The notes under the pieces are model-generated. The model worked only from the letters and a program-made list of their open reading frames with translations, ran no database searches and was not told the origin of the DNA. Both the position numbers and the translations under genes were made by a program. From Candidatus Babelota bacterium (GTDB taxonomy: Bacteria > Babelota > Babeliae > Babelales > JABDEC01), in assembly GCA_013286795.1 (NCBI GenBank), contig JABDFA010000008.1, forward strand, positions 7,283 to 71,282: a DNA stretch of 64,000 bases, read 5' to 3'. Within the stretch, counting starts at the first letter, position 1. Each line of letters starts with the position of its first letter. Shown here in pieces: positions 8,796 through 18,982 of the stretch.

Positions 8796-10127
8796 ATGTT
8801 TGATTTTTTAACGAAAAAATTTTCTTCTATATTTTCCGGGTTAAGTGGAAAAAATTTAAATGAATCTAATATTTCAGAAGTTTTACAAAGGGTAAAAGAA
8901 GCTTTAATAGAAGCTGATGTTCCATATAGGTTAGTTAATAATTTTATTGATGAAGTAAAGACTGATGCTTTGGGCAAAAAAATTACCAAGTCTTTAAAAG
9001 CTGATCAGCAATTTATAAAAATAGTTCATGATAAATTATCTGAATTTATGGGTGGTCAAAGTAATATCAGCTTAAGTAGTTTTCAAATACCCTCAGTTAT
9101 AATGGTTATGGGCCTACAAGGTTCAGGTAAAACAACAACTATTGCAAAATTTGCAAATTTGATTCTTGAAGCTGCCCGTAAAAGAGACAAAGAAAGAAAT
9201 ATATTGTTAGCCTCTGTTGATTTTTATAGACCGGCAGCTATAGAACAGTTAGAAATTCTTTCCAAGCAAATTGGGGCTAAATTTTATCGTTCCAATTACA
9301 CGAATCCTATTAAGGCTGCTCAAGATATACATGATCAGTTTAAAAAAGGGCAGTATGATTATTTAATTCTTGATACTGCAGGTAGATTACATATAGATAA
9401 TGACATGATGCAAGAGCTTAAAGAAATTAATTTAAAATTAATGCCTAAATATAAAATTATGGTGTTGGATTCAATGACTGGTCAAGAGTCTTTAAAAATA
9501 GCTAAAACTTTTGATGAACAAATAGGTTTTACCTTTGGTATACTAACCAAAATGGATAGTCAGACTCGTGGTGGAGCAGCATTGGCTTTTCGTTATGAAC
9601 TAAAAAAGCCTATCGCTTTTATAGGTACGGGGGAAAAAATTGCAGATTTAGAGCAATTTTATCCTGATCGTATGGCTACTAGGATTTTGGGAATGGGAGA
9701 TATTGTTAGTTTGGCTGAAAAAATTGAATCTGAAATAAAACTAGAAGATCAAAAAAAATTAGATAAATCATTTAATTCGACCAATTTTACTTTACAAGAT
9801 TTTGCAGATCAAATGGATATGATGTCCAAATTGGGGCCTATTTCCAAGTTGGCCCAATACTTACCTGGAATGGGTTCTTTGCAGATTTCACCTGAAAAAT
9901 TAAGTGAAGGTGAGAGGGAAATGAAGAAAATGAGGGCGATAATCTGTTCTATGACCTCAAAAGAAAGGTTTTATCCTCGTGTTTTGGATTCTTCTCGTAA
10001 GCAAAGAATAGCCAAAGGTTCAGGTTTGCAGGTTTCAGATGTGAACTTTATGCTAGAAAAATTTGAACAAAGTAAGCAATTTGCTAAACTTTTAAAGAAG
10101 GGGGGACTAAAGAATGTCTTCAAATAA
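8796..10127 (+). CDS. ffh: Signal recognition particle protein Ffh
   Basis: GLQGSGKTTT, DTAGRL, TKMD NG-domain motifs and a methionine-rich M domain; followed by rpsP as in the conserved operon. Confidence 0.95.
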   Translation: MFDFLTKKFSSIFSGLSGKNLNESNISEVLQRVKEALIEADVPYRLVNNFIDEVKTDALGKKITKSLKADQQFIKIVHDKLSEFMGGQSNISLSSFQIPSVIMVMGLQGSGKTTTIAKFANLILEAARKRDKERNILLASVDFYRPAAIEQLEILSKQIGAKFYRSNYTNPIKAAQDIHDQFKKGQYDYLILDTAGRLHIDNDMMQELKEINLKLMPKYKIMVLDSMTGQESLKIAKTFDEQIGFTFGILTKMDSQTRGGAALAFRYELKKPIAFIGTGEKIADLEQFYPDRMATRILGMGDIVSLAEKIESEIKLEDQKKLDKSFNSTNFTLQDFADQMDMMSKLGPISKLAQYLPGMGSLQISPEKLSEGEREMKKMRAIICSMTSKERFYPRVLDSSRKQRIAKGSGLQVSDVNFMLEKFEQSKQFAKLLKKGGLKNVFK

Positions 10128-10151
10128 TGTTTTTTTAATGAAAGGTATTAA

Positions 10152-10400
10152 ATGTCTGTAAAGATCAGATTGTCCAGAATAGGTAAAAAAAATTCTCCGG
10201 TATATAGAATTGTAGCTACTGATTCAAGGAAGAAAAGAGACGGCGCTTGTATTGAGAATTTAGGAACATACAATCCTATCAACCATAAATTTGAACAATT
10301 CCATACAGAACGTATTAGCTATTGGATATCTCAAGGTGCCGTAGTTTCTGATGCAGTTAAAAAATTGCAAAAGAATTATCAAAAACAAGCAGCGAAGTAA
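10152..10400 (+). CDS. rpsP: 30S ribosomal protein S16
   Basis: MSVKIRLSRIGKKNSPVYRIVA... is a canonical S16 N-terminus. Confidence 0.95.
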   Translation: MSVKIRLSRIGKKNSPVYRIVATDSRKKRDGACIENLGTYNPINHKFEQFHTERISYWISQGAVVSDAVKKLQKNYQKQAAK

Positions 10401-10417
10401 TTTCTCTTATTATCTAG

Positions 10418-11716
10418 ATGAACGTTTCAATCCTTACTCTATTTCCTAATCTTTATGAATCCTTTTTAAAGACCAGTCTAGTGTTTAGGGCGCATGAAAA
10501 AAACATTATAAATTCTGATTTAAAAAGTTTGTTTGATTTTTGTCTTCCTAAAGAGCGTGTTGACGGGCCAACATTTGGACCAGGTCCAGGTATGCTTATA
10601 AAACCTGAAGTAGTTGAAAAAGCTATAGAGTTTCAAGATAATAAACATGGAAAATCCTTTAAAATATTTTTTTCTCCTCAGGGTAAGAAATTAACCCAAC
10701 CTTTGTTAAAGTCGCTTTTGCCTAAAATTTTACAAACTAATCATCTTTTACTTTTTGCTTCTAGATACGAAGGCATTGATGAAAGGGTAGAACAATATTA
10801 TGCTGATGAAGTAATTTCTTTGGGTGATTTTATTCTAATGGGAGGCGATCTTCCGGCAATGTGCTTTTTGGAAAGTTTTTTACGTTTATTACCTTCAGTA
10901 ATTGGCAAAACGGAATCTGTAGAACATGAATCTTTTTCGGGACCATTTTTTGATTATCCTGCTTATACAGAACCTGTTAATTGGAAATGTATGGAGGTTC
11001 CGGAAGTTATTCGTTCAGGTAATCATGGTTTAATTGAGAAGTTTCGAGAAGAAGCAGCAGTTAAAAAAACTGTAAAAAATAATTTTGAATGGATAAAGAA
11101 TTATCCCTTAACTCATGATCAGAAAAAAATAATTACTAAGTTTATTCCTGGTCACTATTCTGTTCTAATGCACGGCGATATTTTATTGAAAGACAAAACA
11201 GTTGGAACAACCTCAGTTACTTCTTTGGATATACATGATGTGGCACGTTCTAGTCTTACCTATGGATTTAAAAACTATTTTATTGCAACCCCTTTATTTG
11301 ATCAGCAGCAAATAGTTAATACATTAATAGATTTTTGGAAAAGTGATTATGGAAAAGATTATAATTCACATAGATTTCAGGCAATAAATTCTGTAATTTT
11401 GGTTAATAATCTTGATGAAGTAGTTGAAGAAATTGAAAAAAAAGAGGGTAAAAAACCTATATTAATAGTAACTTCTGCTAAAAAGCATGATTCTAAAAAA
11501 TATATTACTTATTTTGATCAAGAAAAAGTTTGGGCCGAAGAAAGACCTGTTCTTATTATTTTTGGTACAGGTCATGGTTTGGCTCCCCATATTATTGAAA
11601 AATGTGACTTTATTTTGGGTCCAATTGGTGGATTTTCAGATTTTAATCACTTATCTGTTCGAGCTGCTTCCTCAATAGTATTTGATCGATGGTTGGGCAT
11701 TAATCCTAAATATTAA
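10418..11716 (+). CDS. trmD: tRNA (m1G37) methyltransferase TrmD fused to a second SPOUT-type RNA methyltransferase domain (TM1570/Methyltrn_RNA_4-like)
   Basis: N-terminal half is TrmD-like (ILTLFPNLYESF, GPGPGMLIKPE, RYEGIDERV, GDFILMGGDLPAM). C-terminal ~190 aa read SLDIHDVARSS.TYGFKNYFIATPL...GTGHGL...FNHLSVRAASSIVFDRWLG. At 432 aa it is far longer than a stand-alone TrmD. Confidence 0.85.
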   Translation: MNVSILTLFPNLYESFLKTSLVFRAHEKNIINSDLKSLFDFCLPKERVDGPTFGPGPGMLIKPEVVEKAIEFQDNKHGKSFKIFFSPQGKKLTQPLLKSLLPKILQTNHLLLFASRYEGIDERVEQYYADEVISLGDFILMGGDLPAMCFLESFLRLLPSVIGKTESVEHESFSGPFFDYPAYTEPVNWKCMEVPEVIRSGNHGLIEKFREEAAVKKTVKNNFEWIKNYPLTHDQKKIITKFIPGHYSVLMHGDILLKDKTVGTTSVTSLDIHDVARSSLTYGFKNYFIATPLFDQQQIVNTLIDFWKSDYGKDYNSHRFQAINSVILVNNLDEVVEEIEKKEGKKPILIVTSAKKHDSKKYITYFDQEKVWAEERPVLIIFGTGHGLAPHIIEKCDFILGPIGGFSDFNHLSVRAASSIVFDRWLGINPKY

Positions 11717-11717
11717 T

Positions 11718-12446
11718 ATGATATATAATAAATACCTATTACTGTTATTTTTACTTTCAATACAAATTTTTAATTTATTTTGTATGAATAGAGGATGGAG
11801 AGAAACTAAACGATATAGCGCTCCTAGCGGTCAACCACAAAATCCCCCTTTTTATATGCCAGCGATAGATCGTATTATTGATCCTATATTTATCGCAATT
11901 ATAGATCATGATTTAGAGACTTTACAGAAATTAATTAATGATAATAATATTGATAAAGCGTTCTGTGCATTTTCTACTCCTTTAATGTTGGCAATTGAGC
12001 ATTATTCTGTAAATGGAAATACTCCAGAGCGTAAAGAAGGTTACAAAAAAATAATTGATTTTTTAATTGCTAAAGGAGCCAATGTAAACGCTATATCTTC
12101 TTATAATGGTATCACAGCCTTAATGTTAGCAGTATTTCATGATTTGACAGATATAGTGGAGTTATTGATTGCTAATAAAGCGGACCCCTATGTTTGGGAT
12201 AGTAGAGGGTTTTGCTTATTATATTATTTTATTTATGACAGAAATGAGCGTAAATATACATTTGAGATATTAAAAATTATCTTAAAAGATGATATAAATT
12301 CAATAAATAAGCAGATAAAAAAAGAGATTTTAAAACATATTATCACTGATATTTCAGGTTTAGTGATGGATTATTTAGAATTAACTAAACATGAACTTAT
12401 CACTTTATTCTGGGATAATTTGGAGTGTGAGATATATAAAGTATGA
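11718..12446 (+). CDS. Ankyrin-repeat protein with N-terminal signal-like segment
   Basis: ORF-track start trimmed to ATG 11718 (MIYNKYLLLLFLLSIQIF...), 1 nt after the trmD stop. ANK segments (TPLMLAIEH..., IIDFLIAKGANVNAIS, ITALMLAVFHDLTDIVELLIANKADP). Confidence 0.8.
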   Translation: MIYNKYLLLLFLLSIQIFNLFCMNRGWRETKRYSAPSGQPQNPPFYMPAIDRIIDPIFIAIIDHDLETLQKLINDNNIDKAFCAFSTPLMLAIEHYSVNGNTPERKEGYKKIIDFLIAKGANVNAISSYNGITALMLAVFHDLTDIVELLIANKADPYVWDSRGFCLLYYFIYDRNERKYTFEILKIILKDDINSINKQIKKEILKHIITDISGLVMDYLELTKHELITLFWDNLECEIYKV

Positions 12447-12560
12447 AAATTATACTATTAGTATAATTTTTTGTATTTGGAGATTAGAAATATAATTAGT
12501 AAAAAACAGATTTTTCTGTTAATATATAAAGAAAATATTAAAATTTTTTAAGGACAATTC

Positions 12561-12974
12561 ATGAAAGCAAGAAATTTAACAAAAGAAACAATTAAATCAT
12601 TGGGTATACCGGAAAAGAAGTTCCCTAAGTTTGGAGTTGGCGATACAATAATCGTTAATCAAAAAATTAAAGAAGGTGACAAAGAACGTTTGCAAGCTTT
12701 TCAAGGTGATGTAATTGCTATGAGAAAGCATGGAATTTCATCAACATTTATGATACGTAAAATGGGCGCTAATTCAGTTGCCGTAGAACGTATTTTCCCT
12801 TTATATTCACCTTTAATAGATTCAATTGAATTTGTTCGTAAAGGTAAAGTTCGTAGAGCAAAGCTTTATTATGTTCGTAATCGTTTAGGTAAATCGGCTC
12901 GTATTAAAGAGCGTGTTATGACAAGATTGCAAAAAGAAGCTTTGAAAGAAAATAACGATAAAGTTTCAGAATAA
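12561..12974 (+). CDS. rplS: 50S ribosomal protein L19
   Basis: [33 protein letters not shown]...[28 protein letters not shown] is the L19 pattern. Confidence 0.95.
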   Translation: MKARNLTKETIKSLGIPEKKFPKFGVGDTIIVNQKIKEGDKERLQAFQGDVIAMRKHGISSTFMIRKMGANSVAVERIFPLYSPLIDSIEFVRKGKVRRAKLYYVRNRLGKSARIKERVMTRLQKEALKENNDKVSE

Positions 12975-12976
12975 TT

Positions 12977-13357
12977 GTGCTTTCGAAGAAGTTATTATTA
13001 CTGCAACTTGTTATATTATTTTTTATAGGTTGTTCAAAAAAGCAAATCAAACAAGCAGAGAATGTAAATGCTTTTGATATTTCGCTTTTTCAAGCAAAAC
13101 TTATAGATATACCTTTACTTTTGGCTATAGAACCGGTTTTATCTGAAATATCTGATAATTCATTTGTTTTTTACTCCAAGGATAATTTAAAAGATATAAT
13201 TAACTTCTATGAAATAGAAATGGAGTTTTTAGGTTGGCGAGAAGTTGCTAAGTTTGAAAGCTTTGAACCATTACTAATGTTTGAAAAACCTAATAAACGT
13301 TCTGTTATATCAATAAGACCTGAAAAAGCTCGCAATAAAGTTGTTATATTTTGGTAA
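12977..13357 (+). CDS. Hypothetical lipoprotein
   Basis: GTG start 3 nt after rplS; lipobox-like LFFIGC at the end of a hydrophobic leader. Confidence 0.6.
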   Translation: MLSKKLLLLQLVILFFIGCSKKQIKQAENVNAFDISLFQAKLIDIPLLLAIEPVLSEISDNSFVFYSKDNLKDIINFYEIEMEFLGWREVAKFESFEPLLMFEKPNKRSVISIRPEKARNKVVIFW

Positions 13358-13739
13358 GTTTCTCAGTCTTTCTAATTTTTGCTTTTAGTTCATATTCTTT
13401 TTTTTCTAATTCTTTTTCTTTTTGTTTTAACTTACGCTTTTTGTCATTAAGAGCTTTTTCAAGATCATTAAGTTCCTGTTCCTTATCACTTAAGTCTTGC
13501 TCCCATTCTCTTAATTCACGCTCTTTTAAACGTAATTCAGCTCTGCTTCGTGAAGGCCTGCAACCTTCTACGTAAACAACTTCTCTTGGTCTTCTTGAAG
13601 ATGCTGCAGAACCTATAATTGCGCCTGCTGCAAGTCCACCGATGGTACCGGCCGCAATTGCTCCACCACTGTCAGATGAAATCCTATTTGGAACCATTAA
13701 AGTTATTAATAACAATAAATTAGACTTTAGTTTATACAC
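13344..13739 (-). CDS. Secreted glycine-zipper / coiled-coil protein
   Basis: GTG start preceded by AAGGGG; hydrophobic leader; GGAIAAGTIGGLAAGAIIGSAA glycine zipper; charged heptad-like tail (ELREWEQDLSDKEQELNDLEKAL...). Confidence 0.6.
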   Translation of the reverse strand: MYKLKSNLLLLITLMVPNRISSDSGGAIAAGTIGGLAAGAIIGSAASSRRPREVVYVEGCRPSRSRAELRLKERELREWEQDLSDKEQELNDLEKALNDKKRKLKQKEKELEKKEYELKAKIRKTEKLTKI

Positions 13740-13762
13740 TTTACCCCTTATTTTACAAGAGA

Positions 13763-14017
13763 CTATTTTCTCTTAAATTTTGCATTATTAAGCATTCTTA
13801 TTATGCGTTTATTCTTTTTTTCTTTTGCAACTTCTATTGCTGTTTTTCCATCCATTCCTCTGTAATCTATTTCTGCTCCTTCTTTAAGAGCTAATTTTAC
13901 TCGTTCTCTATCACCATTTTTAATACTTTGAATAAGTAGTTCATTTAAAGTATCATCACTATAAATTGATCCTACAAATCCTAAGCACATAAGTGAAAGT
14001 AATAATTTAATTTTCAT
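13763..14017 (-). CDS. Small secreted ankyrin-repeat protein
   Basis: Signal peptide MKIKLLLSLMCLGFVGSIYS; one to two ANK units (LLIQSIKNGDRERVKLALKEGAEIDYRGMDGKTAIEVA). Confidence 0.7.
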   Translation of the reverse strand: MKIKLLLSLMCLGFVGSIYSDDTLNELLIQSIKNGDRERVKLALKEGAEIDYRGMDGKTAIEVAKEKKNKRIIRMLNNAKFKRK

Positions 14018-14110
14018 ATAAGTCTCCTTGTTTAAAAAATACTAATTATATAATTTAATGTACATATCACAAATAAGAAAAATCAAGAGTTTAATTTAAA
14101 TTTTTTCAAG

Positions 14111-15499
14111 CTATTTTAGTATAATTTTTGATGCTATATTGTTAATTTTGCCGGCTCCAAGTAATAGGAGTAGATCGTTTTGTTGTACATCTAGATTAAT
14201 CTTATCAATTATTTGCTCAAAATTTTCAGAGATTGGTAAATAAGTTACAGGATAATTAGGGGATATTTTCTTTATTTCTTTTACAAGTATTTGGCTTGTT
14301 ATGTTCGCAATAGGCTGTTCACTTGCAGCATAAATATCAGTTATTATTAGATTATCTACTGGATTATCCAAAAAAGCTTGAATAAAGTTATACCAGAGTT
14401 TTTCTGTTCTTGTATATCTGTGAGGTTGAAAAACTACATGGAGCTTTTTTGTGGTATATTTTCTAGCGACAGCTAAAGTATTAATAATTTCATTTGGATG
14501 ATGGCCATAATCATCAAAAACCTCAGCACCATTAAAGTGTCCATTAAAAGAGAATCTTCTTTCTATTCCCTTAAAATTTTTTAAAGCCTGTGCTATAACA
14601 TCAAAAGATATTTCTAGATCTAAACATAAAGCTATTGCAGCTAAAGAATTTAATACATTATGTTTACCTGGCATATTAATATTTATTTTACCCAGATATT
14701 TATTATTTTTCCAAAGATCATAAGTTGAGTTTGTTGTATTAAGTTCAATGTTTTTTGCATAAACATCAGCTTCTTGTTCAATACCGTATTTAACAATTTT
14801 TACATGAGGAATGGGCAATATTGATCTAATATTTTCATCATCTACGCATAAAAAAGCTTTGCCATAAAATGGTAAATTATTAATAAACTGTATAAAAGTA
14901 TTTTTTATATCATCTAGATCTTTATAAGTCTCAAGATGTTCTAGGTCTATATTAGTTACGACAGCAAAAGTAGAATTTAGATGTAATAATGATCTGTCAC
15001 TTTCATCTGCTTCAGCAACTAAAAAGTCACCGGTTCCAAATTGGGCATTTGCAGAAATATTTTTTAAGTGGCCACCTATTATTACAGTTGGATCTAATTT
15101 AGCTTCTATTAAAATATGTGAAATCATAGATGTAGTAGTAGTTTTACCATGAGCTCCTGATATTGCGATACTGTATTTTGTTCTCATAAGCTCTGCTAAC
15201 ATTAAAGCTCTAGGAATTATTGGAATCCCTCTTTTTTGAGCTGTTATAATTTCAGGATTTGAAGGTTTTACGGCAGAAGAATAAACAACTATATCTATAG
15301 TTTGATCTTGGCATATGTGTGTGTTATGTCCATAGCTTATATTGCAACCAATTTTGATTAGGTCTTCTATACTTTTTTGTTTTAGATCAAGGTCACATCC
15401 GGAAATTTTATAACCTTGATATTTTAGAATTTTTGCAATTCCACTCATTCCAATTCCACCAATTCCTACAAAATGGATATGAGCTTTTTTTAAGTACAT
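14111..15499 (-). CDS. murC: UDP-N-acetylmuramate--L-alanine ligase MurC
   Basis: HFVGIGGIGMSGIA N-terminus, GAHGKTTTTSM P-loop and Mur-ligase middle/C-terminal patterns. Confidence 0.92.
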   Translation of the reverse strand: MYLKKAHIHFVGIGGIGMSGIAKILKYQGYKISGCDLDLKQKSIEDLIKIGCNISYGHNTHICQDQTIDIVVYSSAVKPSNPEIITAQKRGIPIIPRALMLAELMRTKYSIAISGAHGKTTTTSMISHILIEAKLDPTVIIGGHLKNISANAQFGTGDFLVAEADESDRSLLHLNSTFAVVTNIDLEHLETYKDLDDIKNTFIQFINNLPFYGKAFLCVDDENIRSILPIPHVKIVKYGIEQEADVYAKNIELNTTNSTYDLWKNNKYLGKININMPGKHNVLNSLAAIALCLDLEISFDVIAQALKNFKGIERRFSFNGHFNGAEVFDDYGHHPNEIINTLAVARKYTTKKLHVVFQPHRYTRTEKLWYNFIQAFLDNPVDNLIITDIYAASEQPIANITSQILVKEIKKISPNYPVTYLPISENFEQIIDKINLDVQQNDLLLLLGAGKINNIASKIILK

Positions 15500-15598
15500 T
15501 TGAATTTCTGCCTTTAATAACTATTATTTTGATATTATATGTTCATAAAATATTATAATTATTAAAAGCTAGTAAAGCAAAATAAATGATCTAGTTTT

Positions 15599-16279
15599 TT
15601 AATCGCAGATTATAGATTCTGGTTTAGCTGATTTATATCCTGTATATTCTTCTATTATTCCTATAAGCTCTGGAAAAAGAGATGAGCTCTCTTTTATATC
15701 TTTTTCTCTTTGAGCTTTATAATTTCTTATATAATTTGCTATTTCTATATATTTTTGTTTCTTTTCAGAATCATCTGCATGCTTTGCATGTAGTTCAGCT
15801 TTTTCAAACGCATTCATAAAACGAGTTTTATTCAGAAGTAAATCCATTGCTGGATACATGATATTTATATCAGCGTTATTATCTAATAAAAGTTTTACAA
15901 GCTCTAGGTTTCCTCTAGATATTGCATAACTAAGTGGTGAAGTGTTATTATCCGAATCTTTTGCATTAACATCAGCACCATTTTCGATCAATAATTTAGC
16001 TGTGTTTAATTTATTAAACATAGCTGCATAAGTCAAAGGAGTATGGCCATTATTATCTCTATAATTAACATTGGCTCCTTCAGTAATAGCTTCTTGAGCT
16101 TCTTCAAAATTACCCCTTTTTGATGCATTTATAAGTTTTTCATTTAATCTATGCTTTTTTTGCGCATTTGCTCTGTCTTGTTTTATCGATGGCATTCTTG
16201 ATTTGTGCGCACACTTGTTAACCTGTATTGAACAGAGTATGGATAGAAATATTAAAAAATTGATTTTATTTAAGTTCAT
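15599..16279 (-). CDS. Secreted ankyrin-repeat protein
   Basis: Start trimmed to ATG 16279 (GGAGG 5 nt upstream; MNLNKINFLIFLSILCS). Clear ANK repeats (GHTPLTYAAMFNKLNTAKLLIENGADVNAKD, SPLSYAISRGNLELVKLLLDNNADIN). Confidence 0.88.
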   Translation of the reverse strand: MNLNKINFLIFLSILCSIQVNKCAHKSRMPSIKQDRANAQKKHRLNEKLINASKRGNFEEAQEAITEGANVNYRDNNGHTPLTYAAMFNKLNTAKLLIENGADVNAKDSDNNTSPLSYAISRGNLELVKLLLDNNADINIMYPAMDLLLNKTRFMNAFEKAELHAKHADDSEKKQKYIEIANYIRNYKAQREKDIKESSSLFPELIGIIEEYTGYKSAKPESIICD

Positions 16280-16360
16280 ATTAACCTCCACTTATTATAA
16301 TATTATATGTAAATTATATACTATTTGTGATTAAAAAACAACAAAAATATTTTTAATTTT

Positions 16361-16741
16361 TTATAATATTTCTTTAAGTTTTTGAAGTTTTTCTCTTAAT
16401 TCTAGCAATTTAGCTTTAAAAGCGCTATTTATAAGGTGATTTGATGGGATTTGATCTGTAAAGACAGTTTTTTTTGAAGGGATAATACCTTTAGTTTTTT
16501 GTATTTCTAATCTAGCGCCTTCTATAGTAAACTTTTTTTCATATAGAAGATTTTTGATTAAAGTGAATCTTTCAAGGTCTTGATTATCGTAAAACCTTTG
16601 TCCGCCTTGGGATCTATCTGATTTTGCACTAAATTCCTTTTCCCAAAAGCGAATTACAGAGCTTTTTACTTCTAAATGCTCTGCTAGTTGTCCTATGCGA
16701 AATTTCCTTTTTTCCATCTTCATTTTAAAGTTCCTATACAA
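16361..16741 (-). CDS. MerR-family transcriptional regulator
   Basis: HTH pattern FRIGQLAEHLEVKSSVIRFWEKEF followed by a coiled-coil tail. The exact start among several Met codons is uncertain. Confidence 0.75.
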   Translation of the reverse strand: MYRNFKMKMEKRKFRIGQLAEHLEVKSSVIRFWEKEFSAKSDRSQGGQRFYDNQDLERFTLIKNLLYEKKFTIEGARLEIQKTKGIIPSKKTVFTDQIPSNHLINSAFKAKLLELREKLQKLKEIL

Positions 16742-16849
16742 TATTTATATATATTTAATGTTTTATTTTTGGCAAGAAGTTTTTAAATATGTTATTCTAT
16801 TATCTATTAATAAACATGTATTTTTTGTAATATTTAAGGATCTATTTTT

Positions 16850-18379
16850 ATGAGTTTTAATTTAAAAAATTTTGTTTTACCCTTTACTTTAGCTTTGATA
16901 TTTACGGTTACCTGGAAATATTTTTCTAACAAGCCTGAAAATGTTACTAATGATTCTAGTCTTAAAACAGGACAAAGTCGCGTAGCTCCAAAAATTCAAG
17001 AAGTTCACAGACCTTTAGATTTTGAAGTGGATTTTTGGGATACAGAAAAGCCATTAGAAAATAAATTAACTACAGTTGAAACTGATTTTGCTCGATATGA
17101 TTTTTCTACTCATGGTGCTGCAATTGAAACAGCTGAATTTAAGCATTTTGTAAACAATAAACATTTATTTTTAAAAACTATCAATGCTAATCTCAAAGAA
17201 GATAGATGTTTATTAGTTGCTTTTGCAGAAAAAACCCCTTTTTATTATAATTTAGTTGATTTAAAGGACAATAACGAAGATTTTATTATTACTTATGAAT
17301 CTAATTTTAGCGCTGGCTCAATATTAAAAAAATTTACTGTGTATAAACATATTAATAAAATAGATTTAGAAGTTTCCCTAAATCCTACTACAAAACTTGA
17401 AGAAGCAGAAAGACTCAGAATAATATTTCCGGCTCCATTTTTAGCAGATGTTAAAGATGATATTATTCAGGGTGTTTTTAATGAAAATGAAAAGATTGTT
17501 AAAAAAGAAGTAAAAGCTATTACAGGAAGATATTGGGAAATTCCTTCTTTTTTTGGACTTGAAAATCATTATTATGTTAATGCTATGATTGGTGACTTGA
17601 ACAATTTTATTCAAAGAGCATATTATAAGCAATCTGATAAAGTTTTAGCAATGTTAGAAGGCCCAGCAATTCAGGATAAAATGAGTTGGAAATTGTCTTT
17701 TTATTTTGGACCAAAACAAGCAAATATAATGATGCCAGTTGATACTCGTTTAGAAAATACTCTTGATTATGGTTATTTTTCAATTTTAGCAAAACCTTTA
17801 TTGGAATTTCTTAATTTGTTTTATCGCTACGTAGGTAGCTATGGATTAGCAATTATTTTATTAACTATATTTTTAAAATTGCTTTTATTACCATTTACCT
17901 TGAAAGGTGAACAAAGCATGAAAAAAAATATGGAATTCCAACGTAAGTTGCAATATCTTCAAACTAAACATAAGGACGATAAAGAAGCTTTAGCTGCTGC
18001 TCGAGCTGAATTGATTCAAAAGCAAGGGATTCCTGGCATGGGTGGCTGTTTACCTATATTGCTTCAAATACCTGTTTTCTTTTCTCTTAGCCGCGTTCTT
18101 GCTAATTCAATAGAGCTTTATCAAGCACCATTTTTATGGATACCGGATCTTTCTGCTGCTGATCCTTATTATATTTTATCAATATTAATAGCATTAAGTA
18201 TGGTCCTTCATACTACTACCGTTTCAGATGTAAGAAAAGGTTTTTCATCTTATGCAATGGCATTAGTATTTGGTGTTTTTACTGCCAGACTTTCTTCTGG
18301 ATTGGCATTATTTATTTTTGTTAGTTCAGCATTAACTGTTGTTCAGACTAAACTGTATTCTTGGTTTAAAAAGGCTTAA
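16850..18379 (+). CDS. yidC: Membrane protein insertase YidC
   Basis: Large periplasmic domain after TM1. Conserved core GLAIILLTIFLKLLLLPFT...KK..MQ...P.......K......E.....G..P..GCLPILLQIPVFF. Confidence 0.9.
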   Translation: MSFNLKNFVLPFTLALIFTVTWKYFSNKPENVTNDSSLKTGQSRVAPKIQEVHRPLDFEVDFWDTEKPLENKLTTVETDFARYDFSTHGAAIETAEFKHFVNNKHLFLKTINANLKEDRCLLVAFAEKTPFYYNLVDLKDNNEDFIITYESNFSAGSILKKFTVYKHINKIDLEVSLNPTTKLEEAERLRIIFPAPFLADVKDDIIQGVFNENEKIVKKEVKAITGRYWEIPSFFGLENHYYVNAMIGDLNNFIQRAYYKQSDKVLAMLEGPAIQDKMSWKLSFYFGPKQANIMMPVDTRLENTLDYGYFSILAKPLLEFLNLFYRYVGSYGLAIILLTIFLKLLLLPFTLKGEQSMKKNMEFQRKLQYLQTKHKDDKEALAAARAELIQKQGIPGMGGCLPILLQIPVFFSLSRVLANSIELYQAPFLWIPDLSAADPYYILSILIALSMVLHTTTVSDVRKGFSSYAMALVFGVFTARLSSGLALFIFVSSALTVVQTKLYSWFKKA

Positions 18380-18982
18380 ATGGAACAATTACCAAGTCTT
18401 AAACAACTTTTTAAATATTTGCAGCAGATGCCATATTTAGCATCTAAAAATTTATATAGAGTCGTTAATCATTTTTTGTTAATGGATGATGCCAAGATAG
18501 ATCAATTTTGTGCAGCTATTCTTACAGCAAAACGCAATATATTAAAATGTAATAAATGTTTTATGTGGAAAGAAAAAAATGCTGAATGCGTTTTCTGTGA
18601 TTCTGTCAAAAGGGATCATACAATAATATGTGTTGTGGAAACATGGCAAGAATTATTAGCTATAGAAAAAACGGGTGGCTATCCAGGAGTTTATCATGTT
18701 CTTGGTGGTTCAATTAGTCCTCTTGAAGGTGTTGGGCCTGAAGATTTAACTTTTGATGGTTTAATTAATAGGGTTAAGAGTGACACTAATATTAAAGAAA
18801 TTATTCTTGCTATGAACCAAAATCCTGAAGGCGAAGCTACTTCTAGTTATATTTCACATAAACTAAATGGATTGCCTGTTACTATAACATGTTTAGCAAG
18901 AGGTGTTCAAGTTGGCTCTTCGCTTGAATTTGTTGATAGGGTTACTTTGTATAAAGCTTTATCTGAAAGAAGGCCGTTTTAG
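18380..18982 (+). CDS. recR: Recombination protein RecR
   Basis: C4 zinc finger CNKCFMW...CVFC, Toprim segment ICVVE...IEKTG.Y.G.YHVLGG.ISPL.G.GPEDL. Confidence 0.92.
   Translation: MEQLPSLKQLFKYLQQMPYLASKNLYRVVNHFLLMDDAKIDQFCAAILTAKRNILKCNKCFMWKEKNAECVFCDSVKRDHTIICVVETWQELLAIEKTGGYPGVYHVLGGSISPLEGVGPEDLTFDGLINRVKSDTNIKEIILAMNQNPEGEATSSYISHKLNGLPVTITCLARGVQVGSSLEFVDRVTLYKALSERRPF

Noticed and set aside
8654-8989. 111-aa minus-strand ORF bridging the PEBP gene and ffh.
   Set aside because: It overlaps the conserved 3' end of the PEBP gene and the conserved 5' end of ffh on the opposite strand. No motif is present.
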